64,000 nt of DNA from Candidatus Bathyarchaeota archaeon (GCA_963807605.1 CAWECG010000001.1:480001-544000), one strand, 5' to 3'. Positions 31,884 to 41,895 are shown, counted from the first letter of the stretch. Made by a program: numbers and translations. Notes: generated by a model from the sequence alone, not told the origin.

Positions 31884-34610
31884 GTGACGGAGTGTAGGAT
31901 GGCCATGTCTAGCCATGAATCACTCTTGGCTCAGTTGCAACGAGCCATACCGAAAAGGCCGTTTGTTCCCACGGTTCTTGAGGTTGCGGGCGCCGCAATT
32001 TGCCCGCGCAGTGCGCTTCTTAAATTGATCTATGGGGCTTCTGGTGAAAGTGATGCAAGGTTTGCTATCGGGACTGTAACGCACTCCGTGCTCGCTGAGC
32101 TTGGGCGCGTTGAGGCTACCATTGTAGATGAAACGGATCCCGCCTTGCCTGTCGATGTTGTTGCTCAGCAGGTCTATCAGCAATGGTTGGAGGCCGCAGA
32201 GGCCAAGATCGCGGACTCCTGGCGACTCTTCGCAGATGCTCGTATAAGCGTGCGGGAGGGCAAGAACGCTGTTCTTGAGAGGCTCAACGGTTTCTCACGT
32301 CACCTAGCCGAAGAGATCCTCGCAGGATATCGTAGGCCGGACAGAATCGTTACTGGTCATCACATTACGAATCTCGATCTACCGCTTCAAGGAATCCCTG
32401 ATGAATATAGAGTGTACAGCAATCCGTTGCATATTGAGATTCGCGAATTCAAGAGCTATGGAGGCTCTGCAGTCAGTGAGACGAATAAGTTGCAAGCTTG
32501 TGGATATCAGCTTCTGTTGGAACAGATCTATCCTGATGCTGATTTTACAATTAGAGTGCTTTCCACAGACGACATTGTCAATGTCCGAATGACTGACAGC
32601 AGACGTAACAAGCTTCATCAAGGTATTGCTGCTTTGCAGGAGATCTACGAGACCGCTCGAGGATCTGCACGACCGATTCCTCAACTTTGCGAAGTCTGTT
32701 CAGTCAATAACGCCTGCAAATATTACTTCAATGATAATCTGCCAAAGCATATCAGGAGGTACCTGTGGCGGCTACGGATGGAGACCTTGGAAGACAAAGG
32801 ACAAGATCAAGAATGGAGGTGGAGGAGCAAGATTCTCCCTCTAAACGTGAGAGTCGAGTTAGGATACTCTGATGGCGGTTACAGCATATCTGAGAAACAA
32901 CCACGCAGCGTCCGCCTCTCGAAGGTTGAACCCGTCAACAACTTCCTACCTGGAGATACAGTAATCGTTAGTGGCGGCGACCCGCTGGCGACACCAAACT
33001 TCACAGGCGAAGTCTCAGATTTGGAGGAGAAGTTCATAACAATCACACCATATGGCGATCTGCCTCTAGGTCTACCCGATGAAGGATTGACAATAGACCA
33101 TTATGATGTCGATCTAACACGCCGTCAGCTCAGATCCATAGACATAGTCCATCGGTCAACCGGTCGAGCTGGTGAACTTGTAAGGCGAATCCTAGGGATT
33201 GAGAGCCCAAGAAGCGCAACGACATCGGGGGTTATTGGTTTTCTTGGAGATCTCAATCAAGAACAACAACAGGCTGTGAGATTATCCATGAATGCCCCGG
33301 ATTTCGCGGTAGTCCTTGGGCCTCCAGGAACAGGTAAGACAGCTGTGATAGTAGAAATACTAGCGCAGCTTGCAAGAGAAGGAAAACGAGCTCTGGCCGT
33401 TTCGGTTACCAACACAGCGGTCGATAATATTGTTGAGAGGCTCCTCGATCAAGGACATAAGTTCGGTATTAGATTCGGAAACTGGTACAAGATCAGAGAG
33501 CGTGCACTTCAAGTTGCTCTGATAAACATAGTCACGAATGAGGAAGATCGTGCACTCGCAGCCGTTGAAAAGATGGGCACTGCAGCGGCAGTCCTGACCA
33601 CCTGCAGTAGCGCTTCGCTGGATCTTGTTAAAGCAGGGCGATTTGACGTAGTTCTATTCGAGGAGTCCAGTCAGATCAGAATGCAAGACGCTTTTGCAGC
33701 ACTTGTCCAAGGTGAAAAGGTAATCATAATAGGTGATGACAAACAGCTTTCCCCTGTCTCCCGACTTCACAAACAAGTGAGCAGCCTTCTCGAGATAGCT
33801 TTAGAGACATTGGAAAGGCATAATCTCAGTCAAGAGCTAGTAACTCAACTTAAGGTTCAATATAGGATGCAGAAACAGATTTGCGAACTTATAAATCGCA
33901 AATTCTATGGGGACACACTCCTATCATCGCCCACCATTGAAAAAAGACCCTCGCTCCCAACGCCAACTCAACTCACTGGCCTGCTGCAACTGGACAATGC
34001 TCTAGATCCAGATATTGCCGTCGCAGTAATCAATGTCGAGGGAATAGAGGAGTACCGTGGGCTTAGCGTCTTGAATCGTGCAAATCTCGAGGTTGATACA
34101 CGCCTTGTCAATTCTCTCAGGTCAGCTGGATTGACTTCGAGTCAGATAGGTTTGATTACCCCCTACAAGGAACAACAGCGACTACTCTCAGCGAATCTTG
34201 CTGATGTAGTCGATATTGGAACTGTTGACAGTTTCCAAGGCCAGGAAAGAGCTGTTGTGATTCTTGATCTTGTGAGGGCTAACCCTGAAAGGAATGTTGG
34301 ATTCACACTTGATCCTAATAGGCTGAACGTCGCTCTAAGTCGCGTGCGTGAGAAACTTATCATTGTAACCAATCTGCCGACCTTTCAGGGTCACGAACAA
34401 TTTGACCAGGTGATGGAGATAATCAGGTCACTGCCAGGCACATGCATGGAAGGAATAACAGCCAGGCAAATTGGAATACAACTACCAGAGTACCGAAGAA
34501 GAATCGAGATGCAAGTCACACCCAGAATGGTAGATGTCGTGAATGAACCAGAAGAGTTGCCTCCAACAGCACCCATTTCCCCAGCAGGAAACTACATCGA
34601 TGTCTACTAA
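31884..34610 (+). CDS. Dna2-like protein: Cas4/RecB-type Fe-S nuclease fused to Upf1-like SF1 helicase
   Basis: N-terminal CPR + CEVC..C iron staple, GIPD..EFKS..Q...Y; GPPGTGKT, GDDKQL, QYRM, TPY, TVDSFQG, RLNVALSR. Confidence 0.88.
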   Translation: MTECRMAMSSHESLLAQLQRAIPKRPFVPTVLEVAGAAICPRSALLKLIYGASGESDARFAIGTVTHSVLAELGRVEATIVDETDPALPVDVVAQQVYQQWLEAAEAKIADSWRLFADARISVREGKNAVLERLNGFSRHLAEEILAGYRRPDRIVTGHHITNLDLPLQGIPDEYRVYSNPLHIEIREFKSYGGSAVSETNKLQACGYQLLLEQIYPDADFTIRVLSTDDIVNVRMTDSRRNKLHQGIAALQEIYETARGSARPIPQLCEVCSVNNACKYYFNDNLPKHIRRYLWRLRMETLEDKGQDQEWRWRSKILPLNVRVELGYSDGGYSISEKQPRSVRLSKVEPVNNFLPGDTVIVSGGDPLATPNFTGEVSDLEEKFITITPYGDLPLGLPDEGLTIDHYDVDLTRRQLRSIDIVHRSTGRAGELVRRILGIESPRSATTSGVIGFLGDLNQEQQQAVRLSMNAPDFAVVLGPPGTGKTAVIVEILAQLAREGKRALAVSVTNTAVDNIVERLLDQGHKFGIRFGNWYKIRERALQVALINIVTNEEDRALAAVEKMGTAAAVLTTCSSASLDLVKAGRFDVVLFEESSQIRMQDAFAALVQGEKVIIIGDDKQLSPVSRLHKQVSSLLEIALETLERHNLSQELVTQLKVQYRMQKQICELINRKFYGDTLLSSPTIEKRPSLPTPTQLTGLLQLDNALDPDIAVAVINVEGIEEYRGLSVLNRANLEVDTRLVNSLRSAGLTSSQIGLITPYKEQQRLLSANLADVVDIGTVDSFQGQERAVVILDLVRANPERNVGFTLDPNRLNVALSRVREKLIIVTNLPTFQGHEQFDQVMEIIRSLPGTCMEGITARQIGIQLPEYRRRIEMQVTPRMVDVVNEPEELPPTAPISPAGNYIDVY

Positions 34611-35883
34611 CAGCGCAAAACCTGATTTCAAATTCATCCATCTTGCTGATACACATTTGGGGCTTAATTGGCCCGCGATCGGAAGACACGAAAAGATCCA
34701 GATTCCTGTCTACGGAAAAGCCTTCGCAACGATAGTGGATGCTGCAATAGAGCAGCATGTTGACTTTGTCGTCCACGCGGGAGACCTCGTCGACCGACCT
34801 CGCCCCCCAACAACTGCTTGGAACAGACTCCTCCAAGAACTTCCAAGACTAAAAGAAGCTGAAATTCCCTTTATCATAACGGTTGGATCGCACGATAAAC
34901 CAGAATCGTACTTTGATAGAGCAGGCGGAGACGTCCTTCATCTGCTTGATTCAAGACTGGGTCTGGTGAGAAGGGTTGACACGGATCAGGATCCATTTGT
35001 AAACATCAACACGAAGGGCGGCAAGAAGGTCACAGTCTACGGTCTAGGTGATCATGGTCGAGAACAGGTGGAACACTTACAACAGCTAAGCAAGCACATG
35101 AATGAAGAAAACGATTTTAGCGTTCTTCTCATGCACGGATCAGTATCTTCAATATCGCCAGTAATCGGCCCCATTATCGAGACTGAGACAATTAGCCAAC
35201 TTCTATCCAAGAGATATGTAGACTATGTTGCACTAGGACACAATCACAAGAGATGGGAGCACAAAGACCTGCATATCTATAATCCAGGTTCTCCCGAGTA
35301 CACGAGTTTTGCCGATGCTCCGACAATAACATACGTGATAGATGGAACAACCCTGAAAGAAGATAGCCGAGAGCCAGCCGAACATGGCTACTACCTTGTA
35401 GAGGTTACAGGAGAAATTGTCAAAGCACAATTCAATACGCTGCCAACTAGAGATGTAAAGAATATCCAAGTGAGATTCAACAGGGCTTCACCTTCTCAAG
35501 TGATTGAAGGATCCAAAAAGGCAATCTCCCAGAATATGTCCGATTCAAGTATTATACGCCCTATCCTAAGAGGTACACTACATCCTTCCGCGTCCAGAAG
35601 TGAGATCGACATTCGCGAGATTCTAGCACTCAGGGAGAAAATACTATTCCTCGATTACCCACTAATCGATCTTGACGATGCCCCGGTTAAGATTCAGGCC
35701 GCGGAAGGATCCATTCAGCGGCTTTTCAATCAATATTTAGAATCTAAGCTAGGACAAAATGCTAAAGAAATCTCGGATATCGCGGTGAAGCTTCTAGAAC
35801 TCTACGCCCATAAGAGCAGGACAACGAATCAAGAAGCACTGAGCCTTATTGATGGGTGGCATCCAAATGATAAGAAGGCTTGA
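34600..35883 (+). CDS. Mre11/SbcD-family metallophosphoesterase nuclease
   Basis: HLADTHLG, HAGDLVD, GSHD, MHG, YVALGHNH, YNPGSPE; overlaps the upstream stop. Confidence 0.9.
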   Translation: MSTNSAKPDFKFIHLADTHLGLNWPAIGRHEKIQIPVYGKAFATIVDAAIEQHVDFVVHAGDLVDRPRPPTTAWNRLLQELPRLKEAEIPFIITVGSHDKPESYFDRAGGDVLHLLDSRLGLVRRVDTDQDPFVNINTKGGKKVTVYGLGDHGREQVEHLQQLSKHMNEENDFSVLLMHGSVSSISPVIGPIIETETISQLLSKRYVDYVALGHNHKRWEHKDLHIYNPGSPEYTSFADAPTITYVIDGTTLKEDSREPAEHGYYLVEVTGEIVKAQFNTLPTRDVKNIQVRFNRASPSQVIEGSKKAISQNMSDSSIIRPILRGTLHPSASRSEIDIREILALREKILFLDYPLIDLDDAPVKIQAAEGSIQRLFNQYLESKLGQNAKEISDIAVKLLELYAHKSRTTNQEALSLIDGWHPNDKKA

Positions 35884-37969
35884 GCTGCGCAACTTCGCTA
35901 CACATCAAGATACGGAGATAGAGTTTGGAGGCGGAAAGAACGTCATCATTGGTGCGACAGGCTCAGGCAAGACAAATCTTCTGCAGGCATTGGACTTTGC
36001 CTTCATGGGTGAGGTGCCAGGAGCCAGCTTAGCAGAACTGGTTGCAGATAATTCTGATACAGCAGAAGTGATACTTGATTATGTCGAACCAAGAACAGGC
36101 CAGAACTATAGAATACACCGAATCTTGACTCGCGAAGCGGACGGAAAACTCAGCCATGAGTGCTCGCTGACAAATATCGATACTAACGAAACAGTCAAGA
36201 AACCGATACCTGTTCAGACGATGCTGGAAACACTTGGAGTCGTACCATCCGTATTTAGACATGTTATCCATGTCGCACAAGGAAGCTTCTCTGAGCTACT
36301 CGAAGAGACTCAAGAACGCAAGAATACTATGGATAGACTCTTCGAGATATCACAGCTTGAGATAGCTTATCAAGAACTGGGCCACCAAGGCGGCCCTATA
36401 AACCAGATAGATTTAAGAAAACACGGCAATCTCCAGAAGAAAAGCGGACTTGAAGCAATTGCCTCCACACTAGACAATGAGAGAACACTCCTTGGAAGAC
36501 TACTCAAGGAACGAAACGAAAAACAGTCAAATCTGCACGAAATCACGAAGGAACACGATAGACTCGAACAGACATCCAAAAAGAACTTGGAAACACTATC
36601 AGCACTTCAGCATCTCGAACAAAAAATTAGATTTGCAGGCGCCATCTTTGCAAGTAGCTTGGAACAAGAAAAAAGACTGACCTCAAAACTGCGTCAATTA
36701 CTCGCGGAGGAGATTTGCAACACAATAGAGAAGCAGACATCAACCGAAACCATGGCCTATCTTGGAACTGTCAAAGCAAATCTCAACAAACTACAAGCGG
36801 AAGTCAATTCTCTTAACGAAACCCATAGGCGGATTGTTGAACAGGTCGCCTCCAATCTATCACAAACTAATCTCACCTTAGAAGAGAAGACAAATGCCTC
36901 TAACCAGATAACTGTAATTCAGACATATCTGGAGGGTAAAGGCGAACAGCCGCAAATCGAATGTGACAAATGTGGCAGCCTACTCACCAAGAAACAATGG
37001 GAGAGGCACATCAAGGACAAACAGAAGGAATTGGATAGCCTCAAGAAGAAGATCACTGAACTCCGCGAGAAAAATGAGACAGACAAGAGCCTTGCTGACA
37101 ATTGCCTGAAGAAGCTGGAGGAAACTGACTCCAACGTTAGAAACCTTACGAATGTAGCTCTTTTGTTGGAACAACTTATCACACCACGTAAAGAACTCGA
37201 GAAAGCCTCAGTTTCTCAGACGCAACTAGAGTTAGACAGAGCCAAACTTGTTAATGAATTGAGGATCATGTTGCAAGCCGAACCCACAGCAGCCGATCAA
37301 GAGATCATGGATCAAGCCCTTACGCTTCGGCACAGGATTGAGACATTAACCAGACAAGTTTCCGACTTAACTAACGACTTGCAACGGTATGATGAGAATC
37401 ATCTGAAACCTCAAGAGAAGCGTGTCGCAGACGCACAGGAAGCAGTGGTTCAACTTAGGAAACTCGAACCTGAGATCAAACTAGATGAACAAAGAATATC
37501 ATTGCTGCAGATGATAAGAGCCGCTTTGAGAGAGATCCAACCTGCCGTACGAAGGAACTTCGTCTCAAGGATTACTCAAAGTGCGAATGATTACCTTGCA
37601 CGGCTTTATGGTGGTTCTGAGATACGGAACTTTGAACTTATGGATGACTATGAATTCTTTGTAACGAGGGCAGGATACAGGCGACACGCCAACAGGCTAA
37701 GCGGAGGTCAACAAGTCCTTGCAAGCATGGCATTCCTCCTAGCTCTGAGCGAAGTACTGAGCCAGCTAGATTTCCTCATTCTTGACGAACCAACAACACA
37801 CCTTGACACAAACAGAAGAATAGAGCTTGTAACAGTTCTCGAGAACCTGCGGCGCGTTCCCCAGCTCATAATAGTCGATCATCACCCAGAACTATTTGAG
37901 GCAGCGGACACGCGTTTTCGAATCTCACTTACCCCAGAGGGGCATAGTCAACTAGATCAGCTTAACTAG
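35867..37969 (+). CDS. Rad50/SbcC-family SMC ATPase
   Basis: LELRNF, GATGSGKT, Q-loop AQG, zinc hook CDKC, LSGGQ, LILDEPT, H-loop. Confidence 0.92.
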   Translation: MIRRLELRNFATHQDTEIEFGGGKNVIIGATGSGKTNLLQALDFAFMGEVPGASLAELVADNSDTAEVILDYVEPRTGQNYRIHRILTREADGKLSHECSLTNIDTNETVKKPIPVQTMLETLGVVPSVFRHVIHVAQGSFSELLEETQERKNTMDRLFEISQLEIAYQELGHQGGPINQIDLRKHGNLQKKSGLEAIASTLDNERTLLGRLLKERNEKQSNLHEITKEHDRLEQTSKKNLETLSALQHLEQKIRFAGAIFASSLEQEKRLTSKLRQLLAEEICNTIEKQTSTETMAYLGTVKANLNKLQAEVNSLNETHRRIVEQVASNLSQTNLTLEEKTNASNQITVIQTYLEGKGEQPQIECDKCGSLLTKKQWERHIKDKQKELDSLKKKITELREKNETDKSLADNCLKKLEETDSNVRNLTNVALLLEQLITPRKELEKASVSQTQLELDRAKLVNELRIMLQAEPTAADQEIMDQALTLRHRIETLTRQVSDLTNDLQRYDENHLKPQEKRVADAQEAVVQLRKLEPEIKLDEQRISLLQMIRAALREIQPAVRRNFVSRITQSANDYLARLYGGSEIRNFELMDDYEFFVTRAGYRRHANRLSGGQQVLASMAFLLALSEVLSQLDFLILDEPTTHLDTNRRIELVTVLENLRRVPQLIIVDHHPELFEAADTRFRISLTPEGHSQLDQLN

Positions 37970-38000
37970 CCTAACGTACTATTTTCCCGCGTGCGCAGAA

Positions 38001-38023
38001 TGGTGCGGGGAGTGGGATTTGAA
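38001..38023 (-). repeat. tRNA-Leu 3'-end copy (att-like remnant)
   Basis: TGGTGCGGGGAGTGGGATTTGAA, 22/23 identical to 10645-10667. Confidence 0.8.
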
Positions 38024-38299
38024 GCGAGTACGCCTTAGAGCAAGCATGGTAACTGTGAGCGAGGCCACGAGTGGGAAGATGTATATGGGATACTCTGGAA
38101 TCGGCGTTGAGCCCGCAAACGCATACACCTTACCATCATATGAGCCTACGTATACAACGGTTCCTGAAACAGCAGGAGAAGAATTGACGTTGTTGCCTGT
38201 TGTGTAACTCCATACCTTGGCTCCTGTAGTAGCATTCAACGCATACACATTATCATCCACTGAGCCTACGTACACGATACCTCCTGAAACAGCAGGAGA
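38024..38299 (-). pseudogene. C-terminal fragment of a PQQ-like beta-propeller surface protein with PEF-type anchor
   Basis: SPAVSGGIVYVGS..VYALNATTGAKVW repeats, IPEY + TM + RR; 5' end cut at (GC)n 38300. Confidence 0.8.
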
Positions 38300-38376
38300 C
38301 GCGCGCGCGTTCATGCATCGAAAATACAGCCGAATGTTACCTGACGAGCTATCATGATCACTCCTGTAAGCTAGCG

Positions 38377-38480
38377 GCGAGCGTAGCGAGCCGGTACTAA
38401 AAGAAAGAGAGGGTTTGGGAGATTCTTCTCCCAAATTGAGGGGGGAAGAGATTGTGTTTGTGCTCACCAAGGGGCACACA
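38377..38480 (+). repeat. ~105-bp repeat unit, inverted copy of 40623-40790
   Basis: GCGAGCGTAGCGAGCC..AGAGGGTTTGGGAGATTCTTCTCCCAA..TGTGCTCACCA. Confidence 0.85.
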
Positions 38481-38516
38481 ACTGTAATGGCTAGCTAAGG
38501 TTAAGGACGTTCGTAA

Positions 38517-39062
38517 CTATGGCAGTCCTGGCTGACTCGGTGGTAAGGCGAATTTTATGAATGGAAAGCCTGTAGCCACATGACAGTTATTGCATCCTTC
38601 TATTCCATTGTTGTATGCTGTCTCGAACTGATTCCAATCCTTCGCGTCTATAGCCTTGTCCAGAGGGTCGAGGTAGGCACTTTCGAAAGCCTTGAGTAAA
38701 GGCGCTCTCCCCGGCCTCGTAGTCTCCCCCACCTCCTGTATCTCCCTAGCTTCTGTCAACTGGTATTTTGCAAGATCCCAATTACCAGCCTTAGCTGCAT
38801 AGTAGATTTCATAATATCTCTGGCCGTACTCGATCATTACAGTGCCCAACCCAGGCTGAAGTTCAGCAATCTGGCCCAATGTCAGATTACCATGCGAAGT
38901 TTTCAACGTAACGTTTTCAGCTCCACTGTAGGGTAGCTGCGAAACTTGAGCAGCTCGAAAGTTCAAGACCAAAGATGTGGTTGCAACTCCGAGAGCCACA
39001 AACGCAATGATTATTGCAACAGCAATACTACGTTGCATAATAGATTGATTTTTCAATGGCAA
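38517..39062 (-). CDS. Membrane-anchored putative c-type cytochrome (helical, C-terminal CxxCH)
   Basis: N-terminal TM helix; GCNNCH near the C-terminus. Confidence 0.65.
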   Translation of the reverse strand: MPLKNQSIMQRSIAVAIIIAFVALGVATTSLVLNFRAAQVSQLPYSGAENVTLKTSHGNLTLGQIAELQPGLGTVMIEYGQRYYEIYYAAKAGNWDLAKYQLTEAREIQEVGETTRPGRAPLLKAFESAYLDPLDKAIDAKDWNQFETAYNNGIEGCNNCHVATGFPFIKFALPPSQPGLP

Positions 39063-39167
39063 ATTTAAGCTTGGTGTGCACTTAACACAGCGTGTGCGCT
39101 AGAAACCATAAACTATCAAACTTTCAACAATTACAGCCATACATTATGTTTGTTGCCTGTGTGTTCT

Positions 39168-39316
39168 GCGAGCGTGGCGAGCAGTCATCATTGGTGGGTT
39201 GTGTGGCCTTATCTGGTGAGCACACACCACACAGCGAAAGCAACCCTCACGGACTTAACAGGACCATGGCTTGATGTATGTGTGGGTCTACTGGTGCGGG
39301 CACTGTAATTGAACCG
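39168..39316 (-). repeat. Degenerate repeat-family copies (GCGAGCGTGGCGAGC; CTGGTGAGCACACAC; TGGTGCGGGCACTGTAATTGAACCG)
   Basis: Share motifs with 38377, 40597, 42332 and 45538. Confidence 0.7.
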
Positions 39317-39367
39317 AATGACGGAAAGCATATTACGAGCACAGGTGTAGGAGGAGTAAGATGTGTC

Positions 39368-39655
39368 ATGAAATTCCTACTACGATTGCATATGCCAACA
39401 GAACACGGAAACAAAATGCTACAAGACCCCAACTTTCCAAAGAAACTAGAAGGCGTCCTCAACCAGATCAAACCTGAGGCAGTATACTTCACCCCAATCG
39501 AAGGCGAACGGGGCATCTACATGATAGTCAACCTGCCCAGCGCCGACATGATCGCAACAATAACCGAACCACTCTGGATGACCTTCAACTGCAAACTAGA
39601 TATTCAACCAGTCATGGAGCTAAAGGACCTACAACTAGGACTGCAAAAGAAGTAA
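39368..39655 (+). CDS. Small ferredoxin-fold hypothetical protein (GYD/DUF3303-like)
   Basis: MKFLL...KPEAVYF...G.RG.YMIV...IQPVM; preceded by a GGAGG RBS-like sequence. Confidence 0.75.
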   Translation: MKFLLRLHMPTEHGNKMLQDPNFPKKLEGVLNQIKPEAVYFTPIEGERGIYMIVNLPSADMIATITEPLWMTFNCKLDIQPVMELKDLQLGLQKK

Positions 39656-39715
39656 ACTTACAGTGGGCTGTGCCCCACTCTCCCCTTTTTCCTTCATCAT
39701 TATTACAAAGACGTC

Positions 39716-39814
39716 TGTGATTTGAACCGCCGTTTCAGGCGTTTTTCGTGTGTGTGCTCACCAAGGGACACACACAACCTGGTCTAACGGTTCAAATTCT
39801 AAACGCCCTCACCA
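39716..39814 (+). repeat. Repeat-family copy (ATTTGAACCG..TGTGTGTGCTCACCAAGGGACACACACA..CTAACGGTTCAAAT)
   Basis: Direct sequence match to the other copies; internally palindromic. Confidence 0.85.
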
Positions 39815-39872
39815 TCTGTTGCACATGTTTTTTTTAAGGAAGTTGCTTGTCCCTATTCTAGGGAAGTCTGCA

Positions 39873-40553
39873 ATGGAACTTGATTTGGATTCATGGGAAC
39901 AACGAGTCGCGAATCCAAAGGCGTTGGGTGATGCAGGGAAGACTCTGTGGAAGAAAATACAACCTGTTCTCAACGACGTTTTGGATGAGATAAAAAAGAA
40001 CGGGAGAATTGAAACAATTTACGTAAAAGCTGAGATGGACAGACTCAGTGGCCCAATCAAAATGCTTGAAGAAATAACCGCAACTTACAACACGGTAATC
40101 CATATCTTTGAGAGACCGCAGGAAGAGCGGTTGCGATTCTTCCAGGCAATCCAACCATTCGGTTTCGAAGAAGCTAGTGTGACCCACATGCATCTAACGT
40201 TGGCGGTAGCGATCACTGTTCTTTCAACAGAACTCTTCAAGCTAGTCCTGCTATTTCATATGAAAGATGTAAGCCCTGATGTCTCAAAATTCAATATCAC
40301 AATGCAAAGTTCTGCTCCCAAAACTTGGCCGCTGCTCAAGCTTTTCGTTGACAATGATTTTCGCAACGCCTTAGCGCACGGTACGTACGCTATTGTCAAC
40401 AAGAAGATTGTCCTCTACAGGGATACAACGCTGATTCCATTTGAGGAAATGGAGCTTCACGAGTTCATGATGAGGAGCAAAGATCAGAATGTGCTGTTTC
40501 ACTGCCTCTTCCATGTCTTAGCGGCTAAGAAAAGATTGGGCTTCTTCACTTGA
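39873..40553 (+). CDS. Hypothetical protein (FRNALAH resembles a HEPN RxxxxH motif)
   Basis: Long ORF; RNALAH near the C-terminus. Confidence 0.65.
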   Translation: MELDLDSWEQRVANPKALGDAGKTLWKKIQPVLNDVLDEIKKNGRIETIYVKAEMDRLSGPIKMLEEITATYNTVIHIFERPQEERLRFFQAIQPFGFEEASVTHMHLTLAVAITVLSTELFKLVLLFHMKDVSPDVSKFNITMQSSAPKTWPLLKLFVDNDFRNALAHGTYAIVNKKIVLYRDTTLIPFEEMELHEFMMRSKDQNVLFHCLFHVLAAKKRLGFFT

Positions 40554-40596
40554 TCAGTTCGATTAACCAGACTTAGATCCGAAGAATGTGACTTCT

Positions 40597-40790
<194 letters not shown>

Positions 40791-40860
40791 GAGATGCACA
40801 CACAACGACGCGCGCGCTAAAGATCTTTAGACATCAAGTAACAGAAAGGTTGTCTTGCGA

Positions 40861-41250
40861 TTATGTTACTTTGATTGATTTTCGTCCTTCCCAGAGACCG
40901 TGTAGGTTGCAGTATTCCACTGCGTAGATCGTGCCACCTTTGTCGAGTTTCAGGTTCAGTCTGATATCTGGTTCACTGTAGACGGGCACAAGGTTCACTG
41001 CCGTTAGGAGAACTGGATTGAATGATCTGGTCTCTTCGTGGAGGTATATCTCAATTCTCCTTATCGAGTGTTCTACTGTGTTGGGGTGGGGACCGACGGT
41101 GATTCGAACTTCGAATGGTTTTCCAGCTGTGATTGTGTCCGGGGCGGTTATTTTGGGGGTGTGTGACTCGACTTTGCTGATTGCTTCACCTGCCGCGGTC
41201 TCAGGCGTGTATATCATTTTACCAAACGCATCCATCTTGTCCTCACTCAT
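40861..41250 (-). CDS. Superoxide reductase (class II SORL / neelaredoxin-like)
   Basis: ESHTP, PHPNTVEHSI, YCNLHGLW. Confidence 0.92.
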   Translation of the reverse strand: MSEDKMDAFGKMIYTPETAAGEAISKVESHTPKITAPDTITAGKPFEVRITVGPHPNTVEHSIRRIEIYLHEETRSFNPVLLTAVNLVPVYSEPDIRLNLKLDKGGTIYAVEYCNLHGLWEGRKSIKVT

Positions 41251-41409
41251 CTCCTATATTTAGTGTCAATCATCTTATGTAAACCTAGCGTGGACTGGCT
41301 AGTGCGCGCTTTCAGCTTTCATTTAGTTCATTTAGACGTACTTTGATACTAAGGCGAGTATGCCTCTGCATTCAATAATTGGGAAGATCCTCTCCTCCAC
41401 ATCAGGGGG

Positions 41410-41706
41410 ATGTCTCCTCTCTCAGAAATCGATTTGGATCTAGTTGACTGGAAGATACTGAAGATAGTTGAGAACGATAGCTCAATCACTGACACAGCAA
41501 TCGCAGGAAAGGCCCGCCTAGATAGAGGCCCTGTATTGGGCAGACTCAAGACTCTTGAAACTCACGGATACCTGAGGCTTCAGTGGATAACAAATGCTGG
41601 TTTGAGAATTTGTGGGGCCTATCTAACGACCAAAGGAATCGAACTATTGTATAAAAGAGATAGGGATTCAGAAAAGACTCGCTTGGAAAGATCTCGTCTA
41701 GACTAA
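41410..41706 (+). CDS. Winged-helix DNA-binding protein
   Basis: LDLVDWKILK...IAGKA...RLKTLE..GYL...LTTKG. Confidence 0.7.
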   Translation: MSPLSEIDLDLVDWKILKIVENDSSITDTAIAGKARLDRGPVLGRLKTLETHGYLRLQWITNAGLRICGAYLTTKGIELLYKRDRDSEKTRLERSRLD

Positions 41707-41751
41707 ATCATGTTCTTGGTGCTCTCTTCTGATCTATCTAGATCAGGGAAA

Positions 41752-41801
41752 GTGAGAGCATCCAGAATTGAACCGTTAGGTATTGGTGTGTGTGCTCACC
41801 A
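41752..41801 (+). repeat. Degenerate repeat-family copy
   Basis: GTGAGAGC..AATTGAACCGTTAGG..TGTGTGTGCTCACCA. Confidence 0.75.
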
Positions 41802-41895
41802 GCTATGGCCAAGACCGAATCGCTGCACCGAAGTATCACACTCAAATACTCATCATTTGATAGGTCTCAATACAATCTAAACGTAGTGATGCTTT

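Noticed and set aside
31621-31887. 88-aa ORF upstream of the Dna2-like gene
   Set aside because: Lies in the low-complexity phased repeat block; unnatural composition.
31884-32750. Cas4 as evidence of a CRISPR-Cas locus
   Set aside because: The domain is fused to an SF1 helicase as in Dna2-like proteins; no cas1/cas2 or array.
10666-38000. One integrated element bounded by tRNA-Leu and the 38001 copy
   Set aside because: The partial copy lies 5' of the intact tRNA (wrong side), the content is housekeeping-like and no integrase is present.
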